This document shows positions 17,777-26,515 of a stretch of 64,000 nt of DNA, in pieces; within the stretch, counting starts at the first letter, position 1, and the number at the start of each line of letters is the position of its first letter. This DNA comes from a virus, in IMG/VR virus record IMGVR_UViG_3300038468_000190, positions 76,125 through 140,124 of that record; one strand, written 5' to 3'. Made by a program: the position numbers and the translations under genes. Under the pieces are notes generated by a model. The model worked only from the letters and a program-made list of their open reading frames with translations. It ran no database searches and was not told the origin of the DNA.

Positions 17777-19650
17777 CCGTCCCCTCGGAGCCGAGTGACT
17801 CCGAGGCTTTGCGGTGCGGTTTGCGAGCGGTGCAGATCGTCGGCTCTGCACTCGGCCGTAACTCGTGGAAGTTGTTCGTCGTCGGCTCTCGCGTCGCTGG
17901 ACCTCTCGAATGGGCTAGGGTGATCGATAGCATTCGGCCCCGAAGGGCCATCCGGTTGGTTCGCGGCGCCGGTAATGGCTCCGTTCCCCGTTCCACGCTT
18001 GTGGCGTGTCCGGTTCCGAGGGCGATCCGGCGGCGTGGAGGCCGAAGCCTCCTCCGCCGTGGTTCCGGTTCCACTCGGCATTGTCCGAAGGGCGGAGCCC
18101 TCCGGGTTTCCCCCGGCGAGTCCCGCCGGAGTTACTGGTGCGCCCGAAGGCGACCTGTAGTCTCGAAGATTCTTGGCGCTGTTCACTTCGCGGTCCTCGG
18201 TGTGGCCGCACGCGGGGCAGTGGAAATCCGGGTAGCCCGGATCCGTGTCCCTGACGTTACCGCACACCGAGCAGCGCCGCGAGCTCGCGAATTCTTTCTC
18301 CGCGAACTCCGTCGTGCCGCCGGCCCATCCCTGCTTGTATTCGATGCGCCGGCGGATGTCGCCCATGCGGGCAAACTGCACCCAGCCCGAGACGCGCTTT
18401 CGCGTCTGCTCGCCCGCCTCGGTTTTGCCGGCACGGGCCTTCATGTCCGCCACGAACGCGTCCCTCATGACGAGCGTCCCGGCGCCCGTGTCGACGACGG
18501 CGCGCGCGGCGCGGCCGGCAATGTAATCGCGGAGCTCGGTCGCGCGGCGCGAGTAGAGCGCCGCCTGAGCCTTGGCCCGGCGCCAGCCGTTCGACTGGAT
18601 GCGGTCTTTGCGCGGAGTGGTCTTCGGGTAGGCCTTGTGCCGGCGCGCCATGCGCCGCTGCCAGAGCGCGATCTTCCGCTCGTAGGCCGCGAGGCGCTTC
18701 TCTTCTCGGATGCCGACGATGTCCACCTCGCCGCCGCTCGTCACGACGAGATGCCGGACGCCGACCTCGACGCCGACGCGCTTGTCCGTCCGCGTCACGG
18801 GTCGCTCCCGGAGGGCTCTGCCGGCTCCACGGGGCCCAGGACTCGGCCGCGGCACAGTCCCCCTGAGCGAGACGTACCAGCGCCCGCCCCATTCGCGAAG
18901 GCCGACGGCGGAGCACTGCCCGCCCCCTATGAACCGATGCGAACCCTCCTCGGTCGACGGAAGATAGCCGCGCTCCTTGAGCTTCACCCAGCCGACGCCT
19001 GGGATCTTGATCGCCCGCTCCGTCACGCGAAGCGCGCTCGGCTGGTCGGCGTGCCAGCGGCGGTTATCGCCGGACCGAAAGCGGGGCTCTCCGAGTTCGC
19101 AGCCGGGCGCTCCGCGGCGAGCGTCACACTCGGAGTGATCGCCGCGCGCGTGCTTCTTCAGCCGGCGCCAGAAGTGCTTGTAGGCATTGCCGACGTCGGC
19201 GGCCGCTTCCCGAACGGCGAAGGCACTCACCTCCGTCAGCCAGCGGAGCTCGGCCGAAGCGTGCTTAACCGCCGTGAGCTCCTTGTGCAGGGCATCGGCG
19301 TTCGGCATGGACTCGGGCTCCGCGTACGGGAGCCTCACCTGAAACTTCCAGAGCGTCCGTGGCGCCGCGCCGCGCTTGGCGCGCTTGGCCAGGCGCTCCG
19401 CGGGCTCTCCGAAGACGAGGGCGTGAAGGCCGAGCCCGAGCCACCACGCGGCGAGCCCGGTAGCGTGATCGAAGCCGGCAAGGGCCCGAAGGCCGCTAGC
19501 GACAGAGTAGATGCCGTACTCGGCGCGCCAGCGCTCGAGAGTCCAGTTGTACGCCACGCGTGCCGCTGCGATGTGCCGCGCGAGCAGGCGCCGTTGCTCG
19601 ACAGTGGGGTCGAGCTCGGTGCGGTAGGCGCGATCGATCATGTCGGTCAT
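17758..19650 (-). CDS. tnpB: TnpB/Cas12f-like RNA-guided protein with substituted RuvC catalytic residues (predicted nuclease-dead), CRISPR-associated
   Basis: N-terminal 'RAYRTELDPTVEQRRLLARHIAAARVAYNW', 'IKIPGVGWVKL', RuvC-I 'VGVEVGV', RuvC-II 'LVMRDA', Zn finger 'SSRRCSVCG...FHCPACG', RuvC-III 'DREVNSAKNL'. Confidence 0.92.
   Translation of the reverse strand: MTDMIDRAYRTELDPTVEQRRLLARHIAAARVAYNWTLERWRAEYGIYSVASGLRALAGFDHATGLAAWWLGLGLHALVFGEPAERLAKRAKRGAAPRTLWKFQVRLPYAEPESMPNADALHKELTAVKHASAELRWLTEVSAFAVREAAADVGNAYKHFWRRLKKHARGDHSECDARRGAPGCELGEPRFRSGDNRRWHADQPSALRVTERAIKIPGVGWVKLKERGYLPSTEEGSHRFIGGGQCSAVGLREWGGRWYVSLRGTVPRPSPGPRGAGRALRERPVTRTDKRVGVEVGVRHLVVTSGGEVDIVGIREEKRLAAYERKIALWQRRMARRHKAYPKTTPRKDRIQSNGWRRAKAQAALYSRRATELRDYIAGRAARAVVDTGAGTLVMRDAFVADMKARAGKTEAGEQTRKRVSGWVQFARMGDIRRRIEYKQGWAGGTTEFAEKEFASSRRCSVCGNVRDTDPGYPDFHCPACGHTEDREVNSAKNLRDYRSPSGAPVTPAGLAGGNPEGSALRTMPSGTGTTAEEASASTPPDRPRNRTRHKRGTGNGAITGAANQPDGPSGPNAIDHPSPFERSSDARADDEQLPRVTAECRADDLHRSQTAPQSLGVTRLRGDGSEGLR
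17777..18160 (-). ncRNA. Putative structured RNA scaffold/leader (omega/tracr-like) between the RuvC-III motif and the array
   Basis: Three cUUCGg tetraloop hairpins on the minus strand (17936-17949, 18037-18052, 18141-18152), a GGGGAAACCC hairpin (~18104-18113), and stems at 17783-17806 and 17830-17851. Confidence 0.6.
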
Positions 19651-19652
19651 GG

Positions 19653-19904
19653 TCAAGGGGTCTTCGGGACGGCGCACTCGATGATAAGGGCGTTCGGGGA
19701 CTCGCGGTAGGTGCAGGCGCGGGCGTTCGGGGAGGGCTTGGGACCGTCGCCGATGGTCCAGTGAGCCAGGAGGCAGAAGCCGACAAATGCGACGGCGCCC
19801 AAAAGCCAGAGGAATGGCCCGGGGACGCCCTTACGCGCGGCGACGATCACGCCGACCGTACACACGATGGAGAGCGCGACGTTCATGTGCTCGAAGAACG
19901 TCAC
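19653..19904 (-). CDS. Small membrane protein
   Basis: Two hydrophobic segments; GTGA coupling. Confidence 0.5.
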   Translation of the reverse strand: MTFFEHMNVALSIVCTVGVIVAARKGVPGPFLWLLGAVAFVGFCLLAHWTIGDGPKPSPNARACTYRESPNALIIECAVPKTP

Positions 19905-20815
19905 GGCGCCTTGCCTTTCACGAGCTCGAGGAGGCGCTGGGAGTTGTGCTCGAGCTCGAGCAGGCGCAGGGCGTTGTGCTCGTAGAGGAAGGCGATGTCC
20001 TTCTCGAAGAGCGGTATCGCCACGCGCGGCTGCGCTGCGCTGGGCGGATCCTGAAGTGCCGCTCCCAGAGGAAACCGGCAGACCGCAGGCCATCGCTCGT
20101 CGTTGATGTGCTCCGGAAGCATCATCGCCGGCACGAGCCCGAACGACCCGTCCAAAATCTCGGGATACGGCTCGACGCCAGCCGGCCAGTTCTCGTCACG
20201 CGTGTTCGGCATGAGAACGGGACAGCGCCGCTCCGTCTCGCGCATCCGCTGGTCGACCCTGCCGACGATGCGCCCATGCGGAGCGCGGAGTAGATGGAGC
20301 CCGAAGTGCGAGCGGATAGCCTGGGCGACGCCGCGCTCGATGTCGTCTAGCGGGGAGCGCCCGTCGTAGACTCCGCGGCTCCGTCGAAGCGTCGTTTTGA
20401 GAGGCCCGGACAGATCTCCGATGTACGCCTCCTGAGCGTCGTGAAGGAGCGCCTCGAGCTGGAGCGCGTAGTCGTCCGGATGCTCGAGGCTCACGACGAG
20501 CCACACCCAGAGCGAATGCTCAGCGACGGAGTAGCCCTTACCGGTGTGTCCGACGAAGCGGTTCAGGTGGGCGAGCGAGTGCGCAATATCCTTCAGGCGG
20601 ACGTCGCCCGGCTTCGGGCTCAAGAGATCGAAGCCGACCCCACTGAACGTCTCGATGATGGTCATGGGCTTCGGCCGCGTCTCGGCGAGGAGCGCCTCCG
20701 CCGCCTCGCGCCAGGTGGCGAAGTCGTCGCCGCCGACCGTGAGGCCTTCCATGGGCGTGAGCTCCTCGAGAGCTGTCTCGAGAAGGTCGAGGGCGGTTTT
20801 GAGGTGGTCGGTCAT
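19901..20815 (-). CDS. HD-domain 5'-deoxynucleotidase (YfbR/YfdR-like)
   Basis: 'DIAHSLAHLNRFVGHT...YSVAEHS', 'LLHDAQEAYIGDL..PLK'. Confidence 0.85.
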   Translation of the reverse strand: MTDHLKTALDLLETALEELTPMEGLTVGGDDFATWREAAEALLAETRPKPMTIIETFSGVGFDLLSPKPGDVRLKDIAHSLAHLNRFVGHTGKGYSVAEHSLWVWLVVSLEHPDDYALQLEALLHDAQEAYIGDLSGPLKTTLRRSRGVYDGRSPLDDIERGVAQAIRSHFGLHLLRAPHGRIVGRVDQRMRETERRCPVLMPNTRDENWPAGVEPYPEILDGSFGLVPAMMLPEHINDERWPAVCRFPLGAALQDPPSAAQPRVAIPLFEKDIAFLYEHNALRLLELEHNSQRLLELVKGKAP

Positions 20816-21084
20816 CGGTGATAGTTCGCGAAGTCTCGAATGGCCCTCCGGAGCATGACCCCCTCGAGCCCGCAATGGCCGCACGTGTCGGCGAGGGTCG
20901 CGTCGGACGCGTATCCTGCGAGCGCCCGCAAAAACCTCTGGAGCATGCGAAGGTGGTCGATGAAGCTGTGGTAGGTGTTCGTGATGTCCCGGAGTTCCTG
21001 GACCTGACGGTCGATGCTCCGCGCGAAGTCGGTCTTGTGATCCTCGTACTGGGGATCGAAGTCGGTGGGGCCGGGGCGGCTCAT
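20812..21084 (-). CDS. Hypothetical protein
   Basis: ATGA-coupled 90 aa. Confidence 0.55.
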   Translation of the reverse strand: MSRPGPTDFDPQYEDHKTDFARSIDRQVQELRDITNTYHSFIDHLRMLQRFLRALAGYASDATLADTCGHCGLEGVMLRRAIRDFANYHR

Positions 21085-21725
21085 GACTCGAGGCTCTGTT
21101 TAAATGCCGCGAGACGCTTCCGGTCCTGCATCTTAAAGCGGCGTATTTCGACGCTGGGCGCCACCGAGCGGAGAAGCGCCTCGGCTTCTTTCATTCGGCC
21201 ATCGAGCACTCTGGCGGCGCCCATCGTGCCCCGTCGCCAAGTCTGCACGCACCTCATCAGCGCCACGAACAGCGCTCGGCGCTCTACCTTGATGTCCGGG
21301 TCCACCTCGGGCTCGCCGCTACCAGGGGCCGCGTACGAGTCAGGGTCGATCGCGGTGCTCAGCAGGGAGTACGCCTCCTGCGCAATCGTGAGAGTGCGGA
21401 TATGCTCTTGCAGAAGTTCTGCCCGCGTTAGCCCCTCTAGCCATTCTCTCGAGTCGTCCGGATCGGCGGCGCCGCACCAGAGCACCTTGGCAGCCTCACG
21501 CATTGCGTAGGCCAGATCGATCTCGGATAGAAGCTCGTGGGCCACGTCGTGAAAATCAACGCGGTCCACGCCATTTAGTTGGAGGATCGCATCCGCGAGC
21601 GCCTGCGCGTCGTCGGGCCTGCCGTAGTCGTCCAGCGTGACAGCTAGTCCGTTGGTGTAGGCATTGTCGGCTTTGCGCTTGGTCGGCCGCAGCTGCACTT
21701 TCTTGGCCCGCCTGGTCTTCCTCAT
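21081..21725 (-). CDS. Hypothetical protein
   Basis: ATGA-coupled 214 aa. Confidence 0.55.
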   Translation of the reverse strand: MRKTRRAKKVQLRPTKRKADNAYTNGLAVTLDDYGRPDDAQALADAILQLNGVDRVDFHDVAHELLSEIDLAYAMREAAKVLWCGAADPDDSREWLEGLTRAELLQEHIRTLTIAQEAYSLLSTAIDPDSYAAPGSGEPEVDPDIKVERRALFVALMRCVQTWRRGTMGAARVLDGRMKEAEALLRSVAPSVEIRRFKMQDRKRLAAFKQSLES

Positions 21726-22117
21726 GTCTTGAATGCTTTCTCTGCTCGCCGCCTCCGGAGCTCGTGGGCGCGAGCCCAGCCCGAGTCCGTGAGCCAGAAC
21801 CTCGGATTCGCCCCCGTGCCGCGCCACTCGAGAAGCCCCGCGGCGACCAAGTCGTCGACCGCGTCCCAGTCGTCGTGTCCCTGGATCTGCGATCCATCGC
21901 GGAGCGTCGTCGAGTACTTGCCCGACCAGGTCCCGCCGCTCGGCACCATGAACTGTGGATGGCGTTCGGGGTTACAGCTCAGGCGTCGAAGGTCCGGGTA
22001 TCCCCTACTGTCGACACACACGGTCTCGATGTAGAGAACCAGGCTGTCGTGGTTTTTCCCGAACAACTCCGGCAGGACTCGATCGATCCTGTCCGGGGGC
22101 GCTTGTCGGCGCTCCAT
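21722..22117 (-). CDS. Phage-type hypothetical protein
   Basis: 131 aa with an AAGGAG RBS; 'GHDDWDAVDDLVAAGLL'. Confidence 0.65.
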   Translation of the reverse strand: MERRQAPPDRIDRVLPELFGKNHDSLVLYIETVCVDSRGYPDLRRLSCNPERHPQFMVPSGGTWSGKYSTTLRDGSQIQGHDDWDAVDDLVAAGLLEWRGTGANPRFWLTDSGWARAHELRRRRAEKAFKT

Positions 22118-22384
22118 CGTGGTAGCTCCTTGTTGTAGGAGCGAGCCTACTCGTCTCGGTCGGCCCGCGCAAACTCTTGGACGTCCCTCCAGAACCGTTT
22201 AGTCACCGGATCGGTCGAGGCCCGGATGATTTTCTCGCACTCCAGGTCGAAGCCCTCCGGATCCGTGAGGAGGATCGTCCGTAGCTCGTCGGCCGTCACA
22301 CGGGCGGAGGAGGGGTCTCTCGCCAAGCGGGTATCCATAAGTGTGGCCGGAAAGTGGGCCGGCTGGGAAGGGGGGAAGGGATGT

Positions 22385-22678
22385 TCAGAGGGTGTAGTAG
22401 TTCTCGATGAGCTCGAGGAGCCGGCGTCGCCAGTCGATGGGAGCAAGGAGCCACGTCTCCCCTCCGGGCGCCGAGCCCATGTCGTAGAGCGCCTCGTGGA
22501 TGCGGCGCGCCAAAAGGTGCGGATCGGGAAGCCTGTGTGCCTCGAGCCGCTCTACCTTCGCGTGGAGCTCCGCAATGATCCGCTTGTCGAAGGCCGCCTC
22601 CTCGCGGAGCGTCTTGTTCTCGAGCTCGAGAGCCCTGAGCCGGCGCTCTCGCTCTGCGTCGGGGGTCGTGTCAATCAC
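22385..22678 (-). CDS. Coiled-coil hypothetical protein
   Basis: 97-aa ORF coupled to the FkbM gene. Confidence 0.5.
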   Translation of the reverse strand: MIDTTPDAERERRLRALELENKTLREEAAFDKRIIAELHAKVERLEAHRLPDPHLLARRIHEALYDMGSAPGGETWLLAPIDWRRRLLELIENYYTL

Positions 22679-23450
22679 CGGAAACCTCGCGGGGCATACA
22701 GAGCAGGGTCTCAGCCTCGCCTACGGCGTTTAGCCCCTCCTGGTCGAGCACGGGACCGAGGTGGCCGGTGTGGCGGATCTCCTGAATCGTGTGCGTCTTG
22801 TCGAGAAGGAGCATGTACTCCTCGCTGAGAGAGCCGTGGTGCTCGAGAAAGAGGATCGGCTTCTGCCCGAGCAGGAGCCCCGCTCCGCGGAGGACTTCAT
22901 GCTCGTGCCCCTCGACGTCGATCTTGATGATCGCTCCACGGGCGTCGCAAGCCGGGGTCACATCGCTGTTGCCCATGACCATGAAGTCGAGCGTCTCTCC
23001 GCGGACGCTCACGGTTTGCGCTCCACCGCGGGTCTGCTCTACGGTCCCGCCGCCGAGCTCGTGGTCGCGATACGAGAGGACCAGAGCCGCGGGCTCCTGC
23101 GTCGCTGCGCACTGAAACGTCGTTACGCGGCGCCTGTAACCGTTGACGTCAAGAGTCTTTTGCAGGAGCCCGTAGAGGCGAGGATGCGGCTCGATGGCGA
23201 CGACCCGCCGGTCGCCGATACGGCATCCTAGCAAGGTGTACCAACCGAAGTTCGCGCCGACGTCGATGAGCGGCCCCGTCGGATACCGGCGGAGCGCCGA
23301 TGCAAAAGCGCTCGTGACCCAGGGCTCCCAGTCGCCCTCGGTCAAGAGGTGCGGCGCGAGCGAGGTGTCGCGGGTGTCGACGTAGATCTTGTCGCCGTGC
23401 CGCGTCGTCGTGAGCGCGGTGAAGTCGCCGCAGTAGTGGGAAATGTTCAT
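22671..23450 (-). CDS. FkbM family SAM-dependent methyltransferase
   Basis: 'LIDVGANFGWYT', 'VVAIEP', 'IKIDVEGHEHEVLRGA'. Confidence 0.9.
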   Translation of the reverse strand: MNISHYCGDFTALTTTRHGDKIYVDTRDTSLAPHLLTEGDWEPWVTSAFASALRRYPTGPLIDVGANFGWYTLLGCRIGDRRVVAIEPHPRLYGLLQKTLDVNGYRRRVTTFQCAATQEPAALVLSYRDHELGGGTVEQTRGGAQTVSVRGETLDFMVMGNSDVTPACDARGAIIKIDVEGHEHEVLRGAGLLLGQKPILFLEHHGSLSEEYMLLLDKTHTIQEIRHTGHLGPVLDQEGLNAVGEAETLLCMPREVSGD

Positions 23451-23689
23451 GGGGACTCCGGGGGTTTCGTTTCGGCCGAGGCAAGTAGCGCGTCCCTCCA
23501 CGCTTCCCAGGCTCGGAGCTGCACCGAGACGAGGTTCAGCATGGGCAAGAGCTGCTTGATCCAGGCCTGGTGTTTTCTGAGCGTCTCGTAGTGGATGTCC
23601 AGGCGCTGCTCGTTGGCGTGCTGCCAGTAGAGGAGCGCGACCGTGTTGAAGAGCGACGCGAGGAAGGTGACGAGCAGCATCCAGCTCAT
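23447..23689 (-). CDS. Small membrane protein
   Basis: N-terminal TM helix; ATGA coupling. Confidence 0.55.
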   Translation of the reverse strand: MSWMLLVTFLASLFNTVALLYWQHANEQRLDIHYETLRKHQAWIKQLLPMLNLVSVQLRAWEAWRDALLASAETKPPESP

Positions 23690-23992
23690 GGCAGGGGCTT
23701 TCTGGCTGGGGCCGGCGCGAGCGCGATCTCGTCGAGCAGGTGGGCGACGAGCATGAGGTCGTGCTCGTCGTCGGGGCGTACCGAGCGGCGCCTAGCCACC
23801 CGGCGGAAGCGTGTTGGCGCTCTGGTGGATTGCCACGCCCGCGAGCCCCGGCGCCTGGGTTTCGAGCAGGTGGGCGACGAGGGCGACCTCGCGCGCATCG
23901 ACCGGGCCGACCGACTGCCGCCGCGCCACGCGCTGCAGCGCAGTAGCGTTCTCGCGGATGGCAACGGCCCGTGACGGCGGGTGCGGGTTCAT
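23686..23992 (-). pseudogene. Two-repeat small gene interrupted by a +1 frameshift at ~23805
   Basis: Repeat 1 'AIRENATALQRVARRQSVGPVDAREVALVAHLLE' aligns with repeat 2 'AIHQSANTL/RRVARRRSVRPDDEHDLMLVAHLLD' only if one C is skipped after CTT. Confidence 0.6.
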
Positions 23993-24393
23993 GGAGTGAC
24001 TCCTTTCTCGCGGAGCGCGCGAGCCTCGTAGGGCTCCTCGGCGATGACGCGGAGCAAGCGCTCGGAGATGTCGACGTAGAAGGTCGACGCGACTTCGTAG
24101 AGCGACGGGCCTACCGGCAAGAGCCGGAGCTCGGTGCGTAGCGCTCCAGTAAAGATCGTCTGATCGCGGTCCCCGGTGATCGCGATGCGGCTCTCTGCCC
24201 AGGAGCCCACGATGGGATCCTTGCTCTTCGGCTCGAGGGGCCCGCCGGCGCATCCGGTCGCGAGGAGGAGCGCGAGCGCGAGCATGGCTCCGGACGCCCC
24301 CGGCCCGAACTCCATGAGGCCTTGCCCGTCTCCGAAGCGAGACGGATCGAGGTACTCACGGCGGTCGATGTTCACGATGAGGAAGCGCTGCAT
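23989..24393 (-). CDS. Phage-type hypothetical protein
   Basis: 'IVNIDRREYLDP..FGDG..LMEF...GSWA..RI.I.GD'. Confidence 0.65.
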   Translation of the reverse strand: MQRFLIVNIDRREYLDPSRFGDGQGLMEFGPGASGAMLALALLLATGCAGGPLEPKSKDPIVGSWAESRIAITGDRDQTIFTGALRTELRLLPVGPSLYEVASTFYVDISERLLRVIAEEPYEARALREKGVTP

Positions 24394-24682
24394 GCATGCG
24401 ACCGAGGGCGACTTGGTTCTGTGGTGCCGGCGAAACTCCGCCTCCAGGCGAGCACAGCATCCAGGAAGAAGTGCGCTCTGCCAGGATTGTCCCAAACGAA
24501 GGAGCCCTCGTTACTCACTAAGTCGTTGGCCGATTGCAGGACATCCTCTATCGCATCCCACTGCTCCTGGCGCAGCGACGTGGAGATTATTGCGTGCTCG
24601 TTCTTGGTTACCTGCTTTTTCTTGGTCAATGAGATCTTCCGTCTCGTGCCGCGGTGCGCACGGTTTCTGATTCGGGAATGCT

Positions 24683-25237
24683 TCACGTTTTTCCCTTAGT
24701 ATTTTGTGGGGCTCCACCCACACGGTCCACTCGTGCGTTTTGCGATTCCTGTGCTGCCGCCTGCCAGTAGTGGCGCCCCAAGGCTTGCGAGAGCGACTCG
24801 GATGTCGCACCTGACTCGCACTGCGGGAGCCTCGCGAGCGAGTGGACTCCGTACTGTCCGGAGAACCGCGCCCCGACCGAAGAGTCAGCCCGATGAATGA
24901 CCCCATCGAGATAAGCATAGCGCTCTCCGAGTACGACGCCGTCGAGCATCGCGGCCATGTCACGAACCCAGTGATCAATGATCGTGACAGATGATTCCAT
25001 TCCAAAACGCCTGATGTCACCGAGAGCGATCTCTCGGAGAGAGCACGGAGCCTCGACCGCCACCGCAAATGTGAATGCCTTCCTACACGTCGTGCATGAA
25101 AAAAGCCAACCGCATCCGCACCAGGGGCAGTCCATTTGCATCGGGGCGGCGATCATCGCTTCTTCCGTCGGGCAGACACAGAATGAAATCGGATGCGGTC
25201 CTGGGGCTCTTGTTAGGTAAAGACTTTTCTGGGTCAA
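24683..25237 (-). CDS. Cys-rich hypothetical protein
   Basis: 'MDCPWCGCGWLFSCTTCRKAFTFA'. Confidence 0.6.
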   Translation of the reverse strand: MTQKSLYLTRAPGPHPISFCVCPTEEAMIAAPMQMDCPWCGCGWLFSCTTCRKAFTFAVAVEAPCSLREIALGDIRRFGMESSVTIIDHWVRDMAAMLDGVVLGERYAYLDGVIHRADSSVGARFSGQYGVHSLARLPQCESGATSESLSQALGRHYWQAAAQESQNARVDRVGGAPQNTKGKT

Positions 25238-25306
25238 CGGATTGCCTCTTTCTTGTCAGGGTAGTTTCGGACAGCCGCCTTCTGATGCTTCACGGTACTC
25301 ATGCGA

Positions 25307-25600
25307 TTATTTTCTGCCCCGCTCACGTAGAAGTCGAATCCAAAAGTAGACAGCGGCGACCGGAATCGCCGCGAACATGATGAGCATGTGCGCGCGTGCG
25401 CTGAACCACGCAACCGTCCATTCGGACGTAAAAAGCACCATGCCCCAAACGAGAACCGTCATGACGGTCCAGACGAACACGTTCGCCTCGAGCTTGTAGC
25501 GCTCGTTCTTGATCCACTGCCCGCACGTAGGGCATTGGGTCATAGAAGCAGGTGCGCGCCTGACCGGCTCCGTTGGAGTTGTCGTTTCCTGATGCTTCAT
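25307..25600 (-). CDS. Small membrane protein with zinc ribbon
   Basis: CPTC plus two TM segments; AAGGAG RBS. Confidence 0.55.
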   Translation of the reverse strand: MKHQETTTPTEPVRRAPASMTQCPTCGQWIKNERYKLEANVFVWTVMTVLVWGMVLFTSEWTVAWFSARAHMLIMFAAIPVAAVYFWIRLLRERGRK

Positions 25601-25936
25601 GAGGGCTCCTTTGAACGTCCGTCGCTGGGAGTCATGGCTCGTTCGTCCACTTCTCGAGACGCCGCAGCCGCTCGAACTCGAGATCGAGATGGCCGTTGTA
25701 CTCGTAGTTGCAGCGGTACCCGTCCGGGAACCGGTACCAGACGACACCTACGTCAGATCGGTACTGGCGCCCGTCCGAAAGCTCGAGCTCGTGCTCCCCG
25801 TCGATTGTCCGGATAGCGATTGCCCTCGGAAGTCCCGTCGGGCGAGCCTGCCGCCGCGGCCATAGCTCGTAAAGCTCACGCGCGAAACTGCCGATTACGA
25901 TCCCGGCGATGAGCGTGATAGCGGCAACCGACATGC

Positions 25937-26515
25937 CTACGTGCCCGCCTTGCAGTAGAACGACGTCTGTGACGGACTGGTCGGGTACACGCAGCCGCAC
26001 GCGTCGTCGCTCGTGCAGCACACACCGAAGCCGATGTTGCACGTCGTGTCGCAGACGACGCCGCCACAGCACGGGCCGTGAATGCACGGGTCTTCGACGT
26101 AGCCGCCGGTGCCCGCGCCGGCCGTTCCGCCTGCGCCTCCGGTCGCGCCGCCGGAGCCGATAAGCCCTCCTGTCGAAGCTCCGGCGCTCCCGCCCGTGTC
26201 GACCGTGGGAGCCCCGCCAGTCGCGCCCCCCGCCGCAGGGACGCCCGCGCTGCCTCCTGGCGAGGCGCCGCCCGTCGGTTGCAGGATGCCGCCGGTACCG
26301 GCTCCGCCTGTCGCGAGCGCTCCGGCAGTGCCGGCGCCGCCCGTGTCCGCGAGCGCGCCGCCCGTTTCGGGGGCGCCGCCGGTTTCTGGACTGCCGCCAG
26401 TGTCCGAGCCGCCGGTTTCTGTGGGGGCGCTCCCGGCGCCCGCGACGCCGGCCGCAGTCGAAAAGGCGTCGCTGCAGGCCACGCAGCCGAGCGCGACGAC
26501 AATGAGGGTTCTCAC
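25937..26515 (-). CDS. Gly/Thr-rich lipoprotein with Cys-rich C-terminal domain
   Basis: Signal/lipobox 'MRTLIVVALGCVACS', TGG repeats and a C-terminal cluster of about 9 Cys. Confidence 0.7.
   Translation of the reverse strand: MRTLIVVALGCVACSDAFSTAAGVAGAGSAPTETGGSDTGGSPETGGAPETGGALADTGGAGTAGALATGGAGTGGILQPTGGASPGGSAGVPAAGGATGGAPTVDTGGSAGASTGGLIGSGGATGGAGGTAGAGTGGYVEDPCIHGPCCGGVVCDTTCNIGFGVCCTSDDACGCVYPTSPSQTSFYCKAGT

Noticed and set aside
16573-17851. Repetitive ORFs (GRPTVTDGVRQ, RKAYGDGWRSS)
   Set aside because: They are translations of the CRISPR repeats, not proteins.
17777-18160. Classical tracrRNA anti-repeat
   Set aside because: No extended complement to the repeat was found; only 6-9 nt similarities.
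17758-19677. Ordinary IS605/IS1341 insertion sequence
   Set aside because: There is no tnpA or recognisable IS ends, the gene sits in-line in an operon, the RuvC triad is altered and a CRISPR array abuts it.
17809-19710. 633-aa plus-strand ORF, and similar long antisense ORFs such as 46370..47977 and 54808..56244
   Set aside because: Shadow ORFs opposite well-supported genes, expected in high-GC DNA, with no motifs.
19901-20815. HD protein as Cas3-HD or part of a Z-genome (DatZ/PurZ) pathway
   Set aside because: The motifs fit the common YfbR-like nucleotidase, and no helicase, Cascade genes or purZ are seen in the window.
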